64,000 nucleotides of DNA from Ancylonema sp. (Eukaryota), in assembly GCA_050230475.1 (NCBI GenBank), contig JBFLGF010000173.1:1-64000 (forward strand). Direction: 5' to 3'. Made by a program: the position numbers and the translations under genes. Positions 1 through 12,898 of the stretch are shown piece by piece. The first letter of the stretch is position 1. Every line of letters starts with the position of its first letter. The notes under the pieces were generated by a model. The model worked only from the letters and a program-made list of their open reading frames with translations. It was not told where the DNA came from and did not search any database.

Positions 1-337
1 TGTGGTTTTGCCTTTCGATATGATTGTGATGTTAGTTTTGGCCATGTGGCAATGTGTCGATAAGAGTAGGCAACGTGTCGATAAGAATAGTTGACTTGGC
101 ACAATACGTGAATACGATTGGTGTTGACTTGATAGTTAACTAGTAGAGATCTTTGACTAGGAGCGGGCATGGATCACACTCGATTGTACTGAGTGTGAGC
201 CTACATGCACAATTTTGCAATCAATCAATCTATCTCAAACTTGCACTTTTGTTGTGTGTTTGTAAAGCTGTGAATGTGTGCTTCAAGTGTGTGAAGTTTG
301 TTACTTCTTGCATCGATGGTAGAAGATAGCAACAACA
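1..337 (+). mobile_element. Copia family-1 LTR (5' part cut off by window edge)
   Basis: Homologous to the LTR at 12488-12898 and ends in ...GATAGCAACAACA. Confidence 0.8.
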
Positions 338-407
338 AGTGTGTTTGGATATTTCAAGTACGTGAAGCCACTGGGTTTTTGCTAATTTCTTCACATTCTC
401 CGTGTAC

Positions 408-700
408 CATAGTTGGTCCCGATGCATCCCAATTCCCGATCTAGATTACCGCTGGATCACAACCGATCCGGATTGGCGCGTGAACGGATATTCTGATCGG
501 ATCGGGCCCAACAAGGAAAAAATAAAAGAAATAAAAATATGTTTTTGGGTTTTACGCCTTAATGGGTGCTTATGAACATTCTTATCACCCATCGATTTTC
601 ACCAAGTGTTCGACGCCTCCAATCTGGATCGGCGCTGGATTGGGTCCGATCGGGATTGGCGCGGGATCGGAACTTCCCGATCGGATTGGAACCAACTACG
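408..700. mobile_element. hAT-type MITE (CATAGTTGG termini, CCGATC/GATCGG subterminal motifs); duplicated at 12969-13261
   Basis: TIR CATAGTTGGTCC / GGAACCAACTACG. Flanks CCGTGTAC / CCATGTAC match 7 of 8, consistent with an 8-bp TSD. Confidence 0.7.
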
Positions 701-1406
701 CCATGTACTGACATTCGGGTCGAAGGTTGCCCTTGGTCCTCTCGCGAGTTATTTAACTCGAGTAACCGAGCTCCCTTTGTAGATGGCATCAGCAAAGGAA
801 AGAAATAGCTTGTATTAAACATACGCTTCTTATGATCATCGTCTCCTACCAAAAAAAAAAAAACGCAACATTGTCTGAAGTGATAAAATGTAAAGTCTAT
901 AATTGGGTCCCGGACGCGTCGATCCCGGACGCGTCCGGACTTTGTCCGGCCCCGGACGCGGCCATGACGCGTCCAAAGATCCGTGGACCGTATGGGACCT
1001 AACAAAATAATAATAATAATAATAATTGAACTCATACAACTATCGAGGTTCCCTGGATATGGTTTTAAGGAATCAACGGTGTTTCAACATGAGGAATGGA
1101 ATGTTGTGACGCTTTCTACTCGCCCACGCCACTTTCGTACTTGGAGCTCTGTTTTTGGTTGGGGCGTTTGGATCCGGGACGTGTCCCGGACGCGTCCGGA
1201 AATCCGGACCGTCCCGGATCTTAGTACGGTGTCGTGAGCCTCGGAGAATTAGCATGGTTTGTGTTGCCACCCAACAGTCCAAACTTTCACGCCACAAGGG
1301 AGTCAGTATGGCAAAGTTCGGAATATGTTACTTGTTGCATCCACTTCACGTACATAGAAAAGGGAGAGCGGAAAGGAGCAAAAGGAGTACCATTCCCTAG
1401 TTCTCT

Positions 1407-4400
1407 CTATCTATCTATCAATGCCTCTAGGTAGTCATCGATGTGTGCGAGACACGGCCAGTGATCGGTCCTCATCCGCACTAAAGTGGACCATTCTTCC
1501 ACCTCCAATCGAAGAAGAAGATGGTAGCGTGGAGGAAGCACAATCATCAACTCCAACCTCCCCAACCACCCTACTACACCCCCACCGCTCGTTGCCAGGT
1601 CCCCCACTTCTGCCCCCAACCCCCTTGCCTCATCCACCTCCCCCTCCCGCGCCTCCCACCCGTCGCCGTGGCCTCCACACCATTCTAACGAAGGCAACCT
1701 CTCACTCCCTCTTCCTCCTCCCTTTCCCCACACACAGTGCCATTGACGCCCCCCCTCCCGCACCATGTCCACTAAACCAGCTCCCTCGCACAAAGTCACA
1801 AACTCACTCACCTGTTCCTCCACGGCCGCCACCACCTCCTCCGCCCCGACTTCAAGCACCTTCACAGACTCCGCGCCTGGGACCCAACGGATCTCTTCAC
1901 CCACCTCCCCCCCCCCATCCTCCCCCAACAACGTCCACAGTGCCGAGAACAACGAATGGCGCAACGATGTCTCCCTGCCGTCCCCCAACCCGAGTAAGGA
2001 AGGTTTGAGGAAAAGGTCCTCCACCCCCACGGCCACACTCTCTAGAGGGCCCTCCAACGCCCCTTCCCCCCCCCCCCCAGTGAACTCGGTTGTGATCATA
2101 ATGAGCGCAGGAATGGGGTGATGGGGGGACAACTCCATGACCACAACCACTCCCTCCGCCTCCTTCCGCAAATAGGGCACGTGGATGGAGGGGATGGGTC
2201 CATACAGTCCACTCCCCGTGGCAGTGAGGTGGAGCACCATTCCGTACAGTGCATCCTGGTGAGCCCACCTTCCCGACCCTCCCTCACAGAAGTGCAGGGT
2301 GCAGGGGAGGTGGATCTTGGCGCCCACCCCCTCCCCCTCCTCCTTCCCCACCCTCCCTAGGTATGCCTTGAGCAGCGCTACGTCCTCATGCCACCTGTCT
2401 CCTCCTCCTCCTCCCCCATTGGTAGGGGGGATAGGGGTAGGGGTGGGTGTGCCCACCTGGTTTGGCACGAGAATGAGCTCCCACTGATGGTCAAGGAGGA
2501 GGGGGTGGAGACGGCGAACTAAAAGGAAGTCTTTGGGTTCAGACAACCCCACACCATCATCATCATAACCATCATCATCGGTATCTCCATTCTTTTCCTC
2601 CTGCCCGGATCCTGGGGGCAGGTCCGACAAGATTTCTTTCCTTCGTCTTCCTGGGACGCGTGTGAGTAGATGCAGGTAGTGACTGCACCAGAAACACCCC
2701 CCCCCCATCCCCCATCCCTCAGCAGTCAGAGCAGGCAGACCAACGTAGTGCTTTGCCACCCTCCTACCTGGCTGTGTCGCGTATATCGAGGTCAGGATAG
2801 GAAGCAGCGATAGAGTGCAGGAGAGAAGTCAAGGGGCCCACCAGGCGCGAACTTGGGTGGGTGACCATGGCAGTTCGGCAAATGGAGAGGAGGTGCGTGC
2901 CGCGCCACCAAACCCCCCCCCCCCCCCCCCCCATTCGCACAAACTCGGCGATGAGTTCCAGAGTCGTTTGTGGCGCCATGTCCCCCCCCCCCACCAACTT
3001 CTCAAGGAGGAAGAGGTAGGGAGGGAGGTGGGGGGGTAGGGGGAGGGCATTCTGCATGGCAGCCATGAGTCGGAACCCCATCCGTGTGTGGGAGTGGGAG
3101 CAGCAGGTGTGGAGACGAGAAAGGAGGAAGAGGAGGGAGGGAAGAAGAAGAGGCCACGGGGGAGACGGAGTTCAGAAATAATCTCCACCTCCACTAACGA
3201 GTAGAGGGAGTGGCTGCCAGCTGTCAAGAATCTGTGCATGGTCTGGAAGTAGAGTGCCTCTTCGAGGCTCCCCCCTGTTTGGTGTCTGAACCCCATCAGG
3301 CATTCACGGGTGCACTCTACTGCCATGGAGCCCCACCCAGCCTCCCCCCCCCGTGATGAGGCCAGCGCCAGCGCTTGAAGCTTGGCGGCCTTGAGAGAAA
3401 GAGGGTCGAAAAGATGGGGAAGGACGGGAGGCACGCTCGCCTCCCCACCCATTTGCCAATGGACGGACAGGTGGCGGAACAGGAGAGGCTGGGAGGGGTC
3501 TTCTGATAGGGGAAGAGAGTTGGAAGGGGGAGGCCCCAGCTGTGCATGCATGTGGGCAAGAGCGGCTCGTATCATCGGGCTGCCACACTCACTCAACCCC
3601 TCCAGGTAGAAATTGTGGCGGAGGTCCGCCCCCCCCAGCCCCAGGCGGAGGGTGAGGGAGGTGAGACCAACCAGGAGATCCACCATGGCGGCTTCAGTGG
3701 ACACGTGGCAAAGATCAAGAAGAACACCGCGAGCTCGACGAAAGTCCTTGACAGCTGGCAGTCGACACATGACAAGAAACAAGAAGGGAGGAACGTAAGA
3801 TGGCGTTCTTGTGCCCTCCCCCCCCTCCCCCCCCCCACCCTCTCCCTACCTGATGCTGTGAGCTCTTGCTGTGGAAACACTCCCACCTCGCCAGCTGGCT
3901 TGGCGCCCCTACTGGCAGACCAGTAGGGGGGGAAGGTGAAGGGCAGCAGGGGCTGTTGTGTGGACAGAAGGTTATGGACACCTCCGCCGGATGCGCGACG
4001 AGGAACCGTAACAGACACCTCGTTGGGGGGCAGAAATAGATAGTTGCCAGCATGCTGCAGACAGGCCAGCAGCAGCAGCAAGTAGGACTGACCAGGGGAC
4101 CCCCTCTCGGCCCCCGCCAGATTGAGCAGGTGTCCGATCGTGTGTGTGAGCATGCACGCCCAGGTGGTTTCGATCATCCTCAGGGCGTCACAACAGGCGG
4201 AGCGCACCACGCGGTCGGCTGCCTGGTTACAACGGCTCACTGCCGCCAACAGCAACTCAATCAAGGCTTGCAGTCCGTACGGATCGGTGACTACGGAGGA
4301 AGACTCGATGAAGAGGACGGTGGTGAGGGAGAGGAGGGGGAGGCGGAGGGCGGGGGGGAAGAGGGAGGAGTCGGGGGGCGCCGATAGGGCCGCCTTGAGG

Positions 4401-4647
4401 GTCTCCAAGGCAAGGGCGAGATGCGTGTGAGGTTCGGGGAGCAGGTGCGCCAAGCAGTGCTCCTCCACAAACTGACAGAGCTGGGCTTTGTGGGACGTGT
4501 CCTTGTCACGCGCAAGATTCTGAAGGGCGTACGTGAGCAGGGCGGGTCCTGGGTACCCTCTGGCCTCCCCTTCGGAAGAGGCACTAAAATCCCGGAAAAC
4601 TTTATCCAATTTGTGGCACCCCCCTTGGCGAGAAAAGAAATGTCCAT
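1407..4647 (-). pseudogene. AP5B1: AP-5 complex subunit beta-1, copy 1, with two 1-bp deletions (frameshifts at ~4606 and ~3152); may be sequencing errors
   Basis: Same sequence as copy 2 but CC vs CCC at 4606 and GG vs GGG at 3152, which break the NWDKVFRDF and LPRGPLLLP frames. Confidence 0.7.
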
Positions 4648-5511
4648 TCCCGATGAAAGGGCGATGGTGCAGATGGACGGACAGGATTGATCTCAGAGTT
4701 GGTCTCACATGCAACGTCCAAGCTGGAGCTGCTCAAAAAAAGACGAAATGCGATCCAGTTGCGTCGGCCCAGCGGGATCCATGCGACGGACCATATGGAA
4801 GGGTAAGAGGATGAATATGTTTAGAAGAAGCGACCATAGCGAAGTCCCAGGGACTAAAGGGGGGATTGAGATGGAGAATTGGCTGACGAACTGACCACGT
4901 GGCGACCAAAGAAGTGACTGCAACTGTACAGATGTCCTCATAACCTGCGGGCTGTCTGCATCGAAGGGTTTTTCTTCATTTCGTTGGTGAATTGAAATGG
5001 CATCGTGGCCATGTCGAGCCCGTGTTCAATGCGTGTGCAGGTTTACTACATGCGTGTGGAGTCAAAAAAAATTAAAAAATCTTAGTTAAAAGCCATCATA
5101 GCTGCCCAGTTTTGTGCGGGATCAGTTATAACGTCGGCCGTTGTCAACACGTGGCAAGTTTGCAGGAGGAAGCCAGCACTTTCGTTCCGAAGATGCGCCG
5201 GACTACGCGCGACAATATCCCTCACGTGTGAAAGACTCGGTCAACATTTTGAGCCGCGACAGAACGGCACTTACGTATGGGCTCACATGGGGCTCAAATG
5301 TTTCCAAGCCGAGACTAGGGTGTCCGGAAAGACATCCGTAGTTGCCGCAAATGCTTCTCGAGTACACCCAACACCAATTATGTAAAATTCGGGTCCCTGC
5401 TCTTTGCGTACTCGGAATGTTAGAACAGAAGGCCACGGCTACTTTTTAACGGAAGAGTGGCACATTTTGAAGAAGTGAAGTGGTGGTGGGGCCCTGATGT
5501 GATTTGATGGA

Positions 5512-7254
5512 ATGGTCAGTTTTCAGTGGAGACTGAATCAAATGGCTGCCACGTTGAACGTCTATCGAATTGGCGTGAGCCACAGCGATGTTCACAACAG
5601 CTATCGCAAGCGTATCTCAGCTCCATCATCCACTGATGTCTATCGTCAGTTCTGCCCTATTTCTACGCCCGTAAATAAATTCCACCGGCTCTCTTCATCC
5701 GCACAGTCCCGGATTTCAAGACCTTGCTTTACAACCGTGACTCCACATTCGGACCTCAGTAGATTCAAGCCGGTTCCACGACCCTGTCCACTCCTCATTT
5801 GTGTCAGGCGTTCAAGCAGATCAAATGAGGTGGCGACAGATGGCAATGTCCAGCAAGGTCCAACTCTGCCCTGTGGTTCGTTTGTTGTGCCGTTTCCCTG
5901 CTCCGTCCAGCCACCGATATGTAGTGCAGACACAACCTTTGGATGCCGTTTGCATAGCACCTACCTTTCAACTCCACGCCCCGAATGCATTGTATCAAAT
6001 ATTTCCTCTGCTCTGAATTCCTGCCGTCTTTCTTGGATTGGCTCCAGAGATCTACGAGATCCGACGGAGTGTCGAATCTCTGGCCGCCCGGATCGATCTC
6101 ATTGATTCCACAGCCGATCTTCCCAAGCAGCAGGCTGTGGTGGCTGACTTGGAGCGCCAGGTGGCAGCCTCTGATTTCTGGGACGATCCGAGCCGTGCGC
6201 AGTCTCAGATGTCCCACCTGACCTCCGCCAAGCAGGTGACGGACGACGCGCGCACCTTCCTGTACAAGGTGGAGGACGTGCGCACTATTTTGGACCTCAC
6301 CTCGTCCGAGGCCACCCCGGACACCTCCCTTTTGGCAGAAGCTATCTCCGTGTTGGCGCAACTGGGGGCGGCGGTGAGGGGATATGAGGTGGCGCAGCTT
6401 CTGGGGGGGGAGTACGACGACAAGGGGGCTACGGTTACGGTTACGGCCGGGGCAGGGGGTGTGGATGCTCAGGACTGGGCCGAAATGCTGGTCCGCATGT
6501 ACACCCGCTGGGGTGCCAAAAAGGGATTCAACGTGGAGGAAGTGGAGAGGACAGACGGAGAGGAGGCGGGCATCAAATCCGCCACGCTGCAGATAGCAGG
6601 GGGGCGGTTCGCTTACGGTTACCTGAAGGGGGAGAAGGGGACCCACCGCCTGGTCCGCCACTCTCCCTTCAACGCCAAGGGTCTGCGTCAGACGTCGTTT
6701 GGCGGTGTGGACGTGATGCCTATCCTGGAGGACGAGGTGGGGGCGGAGGTGGAGGTACCGGAGGAGGATCTGGAGTGGAGTACCATGCGGGCGGGCGGCA
6801 AGGGAGGGCAGAATGTGAATAAAGTGGAGACGGCGGTTCGTGTCACGCACGTCCCAACGGGGATTGCCATCCGCGTGCAGAGTAAGTGGGGCAGAGGTTG
6901 GGGGGATGGGGGGGGCGGTATGGATGTGGGTCTTCAGGGGGGTTGGTGGTGGGGGTGGGTGGACCAGTTTCCCGTTCTCAGTTGCAGACCAAGAAGACTG
7001 CCTTGGACATGCTGAAAGCGAAGCTGTACCTCATTGCCCGAGATCAGCAGGCAGCAAGTGTGAAGGAGATTCGGGGGGATGTGGTAAAGGCGGAGTGGGG
7101 GCAGCAAATACGGAATTACGTTTTCCATCCCTACAAACTCGTTAAAGATGTGCGGACAGGAGTGGAGACTTCAGACAGTGGGGGGGTGATGGATGGGGAC
7201 TTGGACCCATTCATTGAGGCGCATCTGAGGCACCAACAGAATTCACAGAGCTGA
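5512..7254 (+). CDS. prfB: Peptide chain release factor 2, plastid-type, with N-terminal transit-peptide-like extension; intron 6882-6967, probable first intron ~5858-6047
   Basis: [23 protein letters not shown] (SPF tripeptide), [16 protein letters not shown] (GGQ motif) and [22 protein letters not shown]. The GTAAGT...CAG intron restores RSQLQ. The first-intron donor is weak and the start may be 5542. Confidence 0.9.
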
Positions 7255-7909
7255 TGGAAAAGTGTGATTGTGTCTAGTACATAAAGTTGTGGGATTCGAG
7301 GGTCGACTTTTTCGTTTTGCCGCAAATTTCATACTTCAAAGAGTGTTACAACCATCATTCTGCTGTTTTTTGATCGATGAAATCGGACACACATTACCCC
7401 AGCTGGCACATAGTGAGAGGGAGTTGTCAAGGCACCTACACAGTGGTGCAAGTCAACGCGTATCTCCAACTATGTACACTCCACGCGACGAACCTGTAGC
7501 TCCCGCCTACTCCATCTCAAGCATCCAAGTTTGACTTTTGTAACAATAGCGAATATAATTTGTGGTGTTATCGCGTCATAAAATAATGCTCGCTGCTCAC
7601 CACTCGGTACATTCATGCCCACCAGTTTTCGCACAATGAGGCGCTGCTTTATTTTTCCCATCTTCTTAGATGATGTCGACTAATGTCCAAAAATGGTTCA
7701 CACAATCTATGATTCCTTCTCTTTTGTCACACCACACACACAAGCTGTTAAAAGCATGTGCACACAATTGTGTGTACTTGTTTGCACAGTCTCCCTCAAG
7801 TATCTAAGTCGATACAAGTATGTACAAATGTAACCTCCTTGTACAAAACTATGGGCAGATTTCCAACCAAACAAATATGGTTGGGGCCAGGCCACGTGCC
7901 CTCACTGAC

Positions 7910-9528
7910 TCATGCAATTCGAGTTGAAGTGAGAGACCGCCTAACTTTCATGTACGGTTGTGGAAGGGTGCCTCCGCGTGCGGTGAGGAAAGTGTACAAG
8001 TAGGCCGCTGCCGAGGCACACGTGGTTCCCGCACTCCCGAATCTGAACCAGGGGGGACGAGCAAGGTAAGCAACGCGGTATTGCTTATGGTCCCTCAGCT
8101 TTTCACCCACTCTCTGAGGGTTGGGAAGAAGTTGGGAGGGGTAGTATGCGACTGACATGAGAAGTGGCATGATGTGCATCGAGTCCTCGCATCCGCATGC
8201 TGGCAGTCCCAACGCGGCCCCCAGTAGCGCCAGCTGCATGCCCGTGTTCACCTTGCTGATCCACAGAGGCTGCATGAGAGCAGCGCCACCAATCCCAGTC
8301 GCAAAAAACTCTGCCCCGCTCTTCCACTGTCCAGACCCACAGGGAGATAAGACAGGTGTGGTTCCTGGGCAGGTGTGGGAAGTGTAGGCTGCGTCCGTAC
8401 CTTCCATTGGAGTGCCCTGGCTCTGTGCATCACTGCCCCCAGGAGCAGCCCCGAGTCACGCCCCAACATGAGCGCCACCAACCACCCTGAGACGAAGAGG
8501 AGACGAGGAGAAAGGGAGGGAGTGAGTAGGGGGGGAAGGTGGGTGAGAGGGTGGGGAGGGGCGGGTGCTTACAGGGCAACAGAGCGGCGTGTAGCATCGC
8601 CATGACCACGCAGCCAATGAGCACCTGGTCGGCTAGAGGGTCGAGATACGATCCCAAAACGGAATTGGTGCCACGCCGTCGTGCAAGGTACCCGGCGAAC
8701 TGACCATGCCCCCCCCCCGCCACACCGCACCTTCGGAGCAATACCGTCAAACAACACTCCCCCTGTAGCCTGCCTAGTAGAGTACCCAAACAGACGCCCC
8801 CGCGGCCGATATGGCGATGAAGGCAGTGCTGAAATGCCCCTGGACCACCAGACTGCCCCACCCCACCCCGCACCCCACATCGCCCCCCCGTCAGACCTCG
8901 AAATTGCGTTCAAGGGTGGAGAATCTCACAGTGCGATTGGAGGGCCGGATAAAAGTCGAGCCATAGAAACCGCATTCGGCCAATTGAAGACCTCATTACG
9001 AGTCCAATCGCTGACTGGCCTTGCCTGGAGACTTGGACCAGCCGCAGAGAGGGATTCGGGAACGCGTGTGTCGTATGGAGGGCTGATGATCTTCAGACGA
9101 TTGGGATGGGTTGCAACCGCCGGGACAGCGTGGAGGTAAGGCAGGTGCTGCCAGGGAGCTGATTGAATCAAAGAAAGCCTCGGGAGTTTTTGTCTTGAAA
9201 ATTGTGATAGACAACTAGGGGCTAACTCGGAATGTGTGCTAATTGGTTGAACATGCACGAGAACAGGAAACAGAGAAGAAGCCCGGCCATAAGTTTCCGA
9301 AATTTGGCCGAAATTGGGACCACCATTTGGCCATGTAGCGAGAAAGTTGATTTCTGCAGACCACCTAGCAGACTGATCAACTGCAGGCCCAGGAAACAGG
9401 ATAGGTGAAAACTTGTCATTTTTCACTTCTACAATCCCAGCGGATTGGCGGATCCTCGTCAGGGTGTGAATATGGGGAATCCGTGTCACACGAAAGACCA
9501 CGGAAGACAGGCGACGAGCGCAGCGCAT
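7910..9528 (-). CDS. CLS: Cardiolipin synthase (CDP-alcohol phosphatidyltransferase), multi-exon; introns 8853-8929, 8700-8785 and further ones downstream
   Basis: [45 protein letters not shown] and [14 protein letters not shown] match plant CLS. The N-terminus is Arg/Ser-rich and presequence-like. Catalytic Asp residues appear altered (see findings). Confidence 0.8.
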
Positions 9529-10270
9529 GTTGTTGCGACAGGTACACGGCGTCGGATATCAGAAGTGGCAGCGCCGCGTGACATTAACGTATCCTGCCTA
9601 TTGGAGGGCCCATTAGGAGTTGGAGGATCAATGGTGGTCGTGGATGGCCAGCGGTCACAATTTGTGAGCTATGGCTCGCGTCGCAGACACCCGGAAACTG
9701 AAGGCGTCGGTATCCGGGATCGGCGAGCGCAGATCCTGGCGAGTGCACGTGTCGTATCAAATAGGATCGTTATAGTGAAACCTGTCTTAACAAGATCCGG
9801 CTGCACCGTACTACTTAGTTCTTTCGGTTTTGAGTTTTATTTTTGATATTAAGGCTTATTTTCTTTTTTCTTTTTTCCTTTTTTTTTAAGTGTTTTTTTT
9901 TTTTTTTTTTTTTAAGTTCTTAGTTCTTAGTTCTTTCGGGTTTTAGTTTTATTGTCCATATTAAGGCTTAAATTCACGCGTTCGTTACACGTGCGGATTC
10001 CAGCTGCCGATAGCTGTGGAGACGATCCACCTGGATTTTTTTCGGGGTTGTGAACCATGGACCATTGGCCGGGGCCTGATTCGCGCGAACTTTTCGGCAT
10101 CCTAATACCGTACTGGGCACCGTAAATGATTTTTAATTAATTATTGAAACCCGAAAGTAATTATTTATATTAATACTTATAAGAAAGACGCATTTTATTC
10201 AAGCACGATGGGAACCCCATCTGAGTACAACACCAACGTTATCGTACCAACCTAAAGGAACAGAATTCTA

Positions 10271-10998
10271 CCATCCCAGCAAATAATGTCATCACCTGGT
10301 CTCCCTCACTCACTTTATACTTCTGATGAGTGCATTCTCGGAGGATCGTCAGGAACTCCTTTTTGATATCACGAACTAGCAGCTTCCCGTCCACTTTGAA
10401 GGAGTTCACCGTCTCCTTGGCAAGTTGCCGAAGTTCACGAGATACTTTGTCAAACTCCTCTCTCAGGTAATCCCACATTTGGCTTTTGGATTTCTCTCAT
10501 ACTACTCAAGCACTGTCGCAATGTCCTCGCTAAAAAGCGACACAAGTAGCATCACGGCCTTTTTGGTCCTCTTTCGAGAACTTGTGATGTCTTCTGTGTA
10601 TTGATCCAACTCATCCTGATTTGTGATCCAGTGTTCATCATCATAGGCTGGATAGACTTCATGTAGTTCTCTTTATGTTCCCTTGCAAAAATCCATACAA
10701 TCAGCATCAACATAGGCTGGATAGACTTCATCTAGTTCTGTTTATGTTCCCTTGCATAAATCCATACAATCAGCATCATCAAGATTGCTCATGCTTTAGA
10801 TCGCCAAGCTTGGAAAGGGTCTTTGTCTCCCTCTAAAATGCAGTACCGTGCTCTAATACCATTGTTGCTGCTATCTTTTGCCATCGATGCAAGAAGTAAC
10901 AGACTTCACTCTCTTGAGACAAACATTCACGACATTACAAACATACACAACAAATGTGCAAGCTTGAGATAGATTGATTGATTACAAAATTTTGCATG
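10271..10998 (-). mobile_element. Copia family-1 5' fragment: partial LTR (10863-10998), PBS (10850-10861), gag N-terminus ending at TLFAGM
   Basis: LTR end GATAGCAGCAACA followed by PBS TGGTATTAGAGC (tRNAiMet type). Gag peptide MWDYLREEF...VMTLFAGM. Internal 69-bp tandem duplication at ~10640-10780. Confidence 0.8.
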
Positions 10999-11523
10999 GG
11001 ACACCTGAAAAGTTGCAGATCTGCTTGCATCTAAAGTTGTCAGTTGTTCATGAATTCTGGCATAGGTGTTGCCATTCATATTAAAAATGTGGTGCCAGAA
11101 TATCGTGTGATTTGGTGAAGTATTGAGAAAGTGATGAAGTTTTAAGAAAATGGTGAAGTTCTGAGAAAGTTGTGAAGTTTTGCATATTTTCAAGTTATTC
11201 GGAAAAACTACAGAAGATTGACTTGTTGTCATTTTTGTATTGCCCTAACTTGTGGTATTTGTTTGTATGTTCAGGCTCAAGGGCTCCGGCCCGAAAAAGA
11301 CTAAGGATATGGAGCGATCGTCTTCTGGAGTAGTTCCGATCGGCTTCCGATCGTCTTCCGATCGGCTGTGTTTTTTTGATAAAGGCCTCTAGCACATTGA
11401 TATGCTAGAGAAGACCCTACTACTCCATGGGCTATGCAATGGTCTTGCCATGACTTAGCTGTTGAGAGGGTGGTCCTTTGGTGCTGACTTAATGCCAAAC
11501 TTGGCATGGCATCCGAGAGGGTG

Positions 11524-12066
11524 TGTAGGAATTATATCGGATAGCCATGTTTGCTAGCGTGCTAGTCCGGACTGCCGGTTAGTGTAACCGGTAGGGTTCC
11601 TAGGGTGTGCTTATGTCGAGGGGCCGGACTTATGTCCGGGCACCCGAATATGACGTTTCGATTGTGCCGTTTGTAGCACGTGCGGTCTAGATGGTTCCGA
11701 ATCTAGACGATATGTTTTGTCAGACTGTCCGGCGTGTGCCGTTGACAGGATCTGACTGTTGTTGAGTTATGATAGGCCGACGGTTCGCTGATACGACCGT
11801 CGGCACGCTTTGTAGATTCATGTTGTGGACGAGGCATCGTGGTATACCTACACGATGCCGACCATTCATTCAAGATTGATTATTCTTCCTTCCAACACAA
11901 TACTTGTCATTGATCATTCTTGTTTGAGAGACGTAAGTTCCTTGTACGGAAAGAATCACACTGCCTTGCACACCGATCACGTAACATCCCTAAAAGGTTA
12001 TGGGCCCACTACGGGGAAAATTTTGACCACGCCGGGAATCGAACCCGGGACCTGTCCTCCAACACC
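11524..12066 (+). mobile_element. LTR family 2 (TGTAGGAATT...) with half-tRNAiMet PBS at 11996-12013 and a truncated antisense tRNA-like sequence
   Basis: Reverse-complement homologue of 28850-29383. Purine tract GAGAGGGTG upstream and GGTTATGGGCCCACTACG downstream. Antisense T-arm CCGGG-TTCGATT-CCCGG at 12032-12048. Confidence 0.7.
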
Positions 12067-12210
12067 CTCAATAGCAGCACCCTCAGCAACTTCCCCCGGA
12101 TGCTCTTAAAACTTTACCCCAATCTCCAGAGGTGTCGATACTGAATTACACTCTTTCATTCCAAACTTGTTCAATAGTTCTTTGCCATACTTCTCCTAAC
12201 ACAAAAAGAT
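12058..12210 (-). mobile_element. Copia family-1 RT fragment, inverted relative to the adjacent RNase H
   Basis: IFLC*EKYGKELLNKFGMKECNSVSTPLEIGVKF...AAIEGVG, matching the RT at 32700-32870. Confidence 0.7.
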
Positions 12211-12213
12211 GCT

Positions 12214-12898
12214 ATGAAGCCGGCAAAAAACCCTGTGTTCCACAAAAGATCAAAGCACATTGAAATCGAATATCACTCCATCACGGAGAGGGTTGCCAAT
12301 AAGAAAATTGAGTTGAAGTTTGTGAAAAGTGAGGAGCAGGCAACTCACATGCTCACCAAGCTTGTTTCTGTTAAAGTATTGAAAGCAAATTGTACCTTGG
12401 TTGTTTTGGTGTATGAGTAGGGAAGTGGATAATTTCGATATGAGAACTTATCATTTTTGGAGGGGGGGGAAGTTTTCAGAGAGGGGGTGTTAGTTTTTAA
12501 GGGTCTGTGAACTTTAGTCTTTAATATCGATTTTAGGGGCTAAGTTTAGTTTTTTCGAGTTTGTCGTTTTGCCTCTCGATATGATTATGATGTTACATTG
12601 AGCCACCTGGGAGCGTGTCGATAAGAGTAGGAAAGGTATCGATAAGAGTAGGTGACTTGGCACAATACTTGACTACGATAGGTGTTGACTTGTTAGTAAA
12701 CTAGTAGAGATCTTTGACTAGGAGCGGGCATGGATCACACTCGATTGTACTGAGTGTGAGCCTACATGCACAATTTTGCAATCAATCAATCTATCTCAAA
12801 CTTGCACTTTTGTTGTGTGTTTGTAAAGCTGTGAATGTGTGCTTCAAGTGTGTGAAGTTTGTTACTTCTTGCATCGATGGTAGAAGATAGCAACAACA
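12214..12898 (+). mobile_element. Copia family-1 3' end: RNase H C-terminus, PPT and 3' LTR (12488-12898)
   Basis: NPVFHKRSKHIEIEYH...MLTK, PPT AGAGAGGGGG, and a TG...CA LTR. Confidence 0.85.

Larger units (their letters stand above)
138..9117. repeat. Segmental duplication unit, copy 1
   Basis: Near-identical to 12699-21680, with offset 12561 growing to 12563. By eye I found two 1-bp indels and about two substitutions. Confidence 0.95.

Noticed and set aside
4705..4941. Small upstream ORF before AP5B1 as a second bicistronic partner
   Set aside because: No recognisable family motif, so it cannot be told apart from a chance UTR ORF.
6048..6140. Bacterial-style +1 programmed frameshift in prfB
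   Set aside because: There is no CTT-TGA slip site and the region is in one frame. The frame change upstream is explained by an intron ending at 6047.
5804..6850. 348-aa antisense ORF (and similar Pro-rich or Gly-rich ORFs over AP5B1, PPH and the F-box gene)
   Set aside because: Shadow ORFs on the opposite strand or frame of GC-rich real genes.
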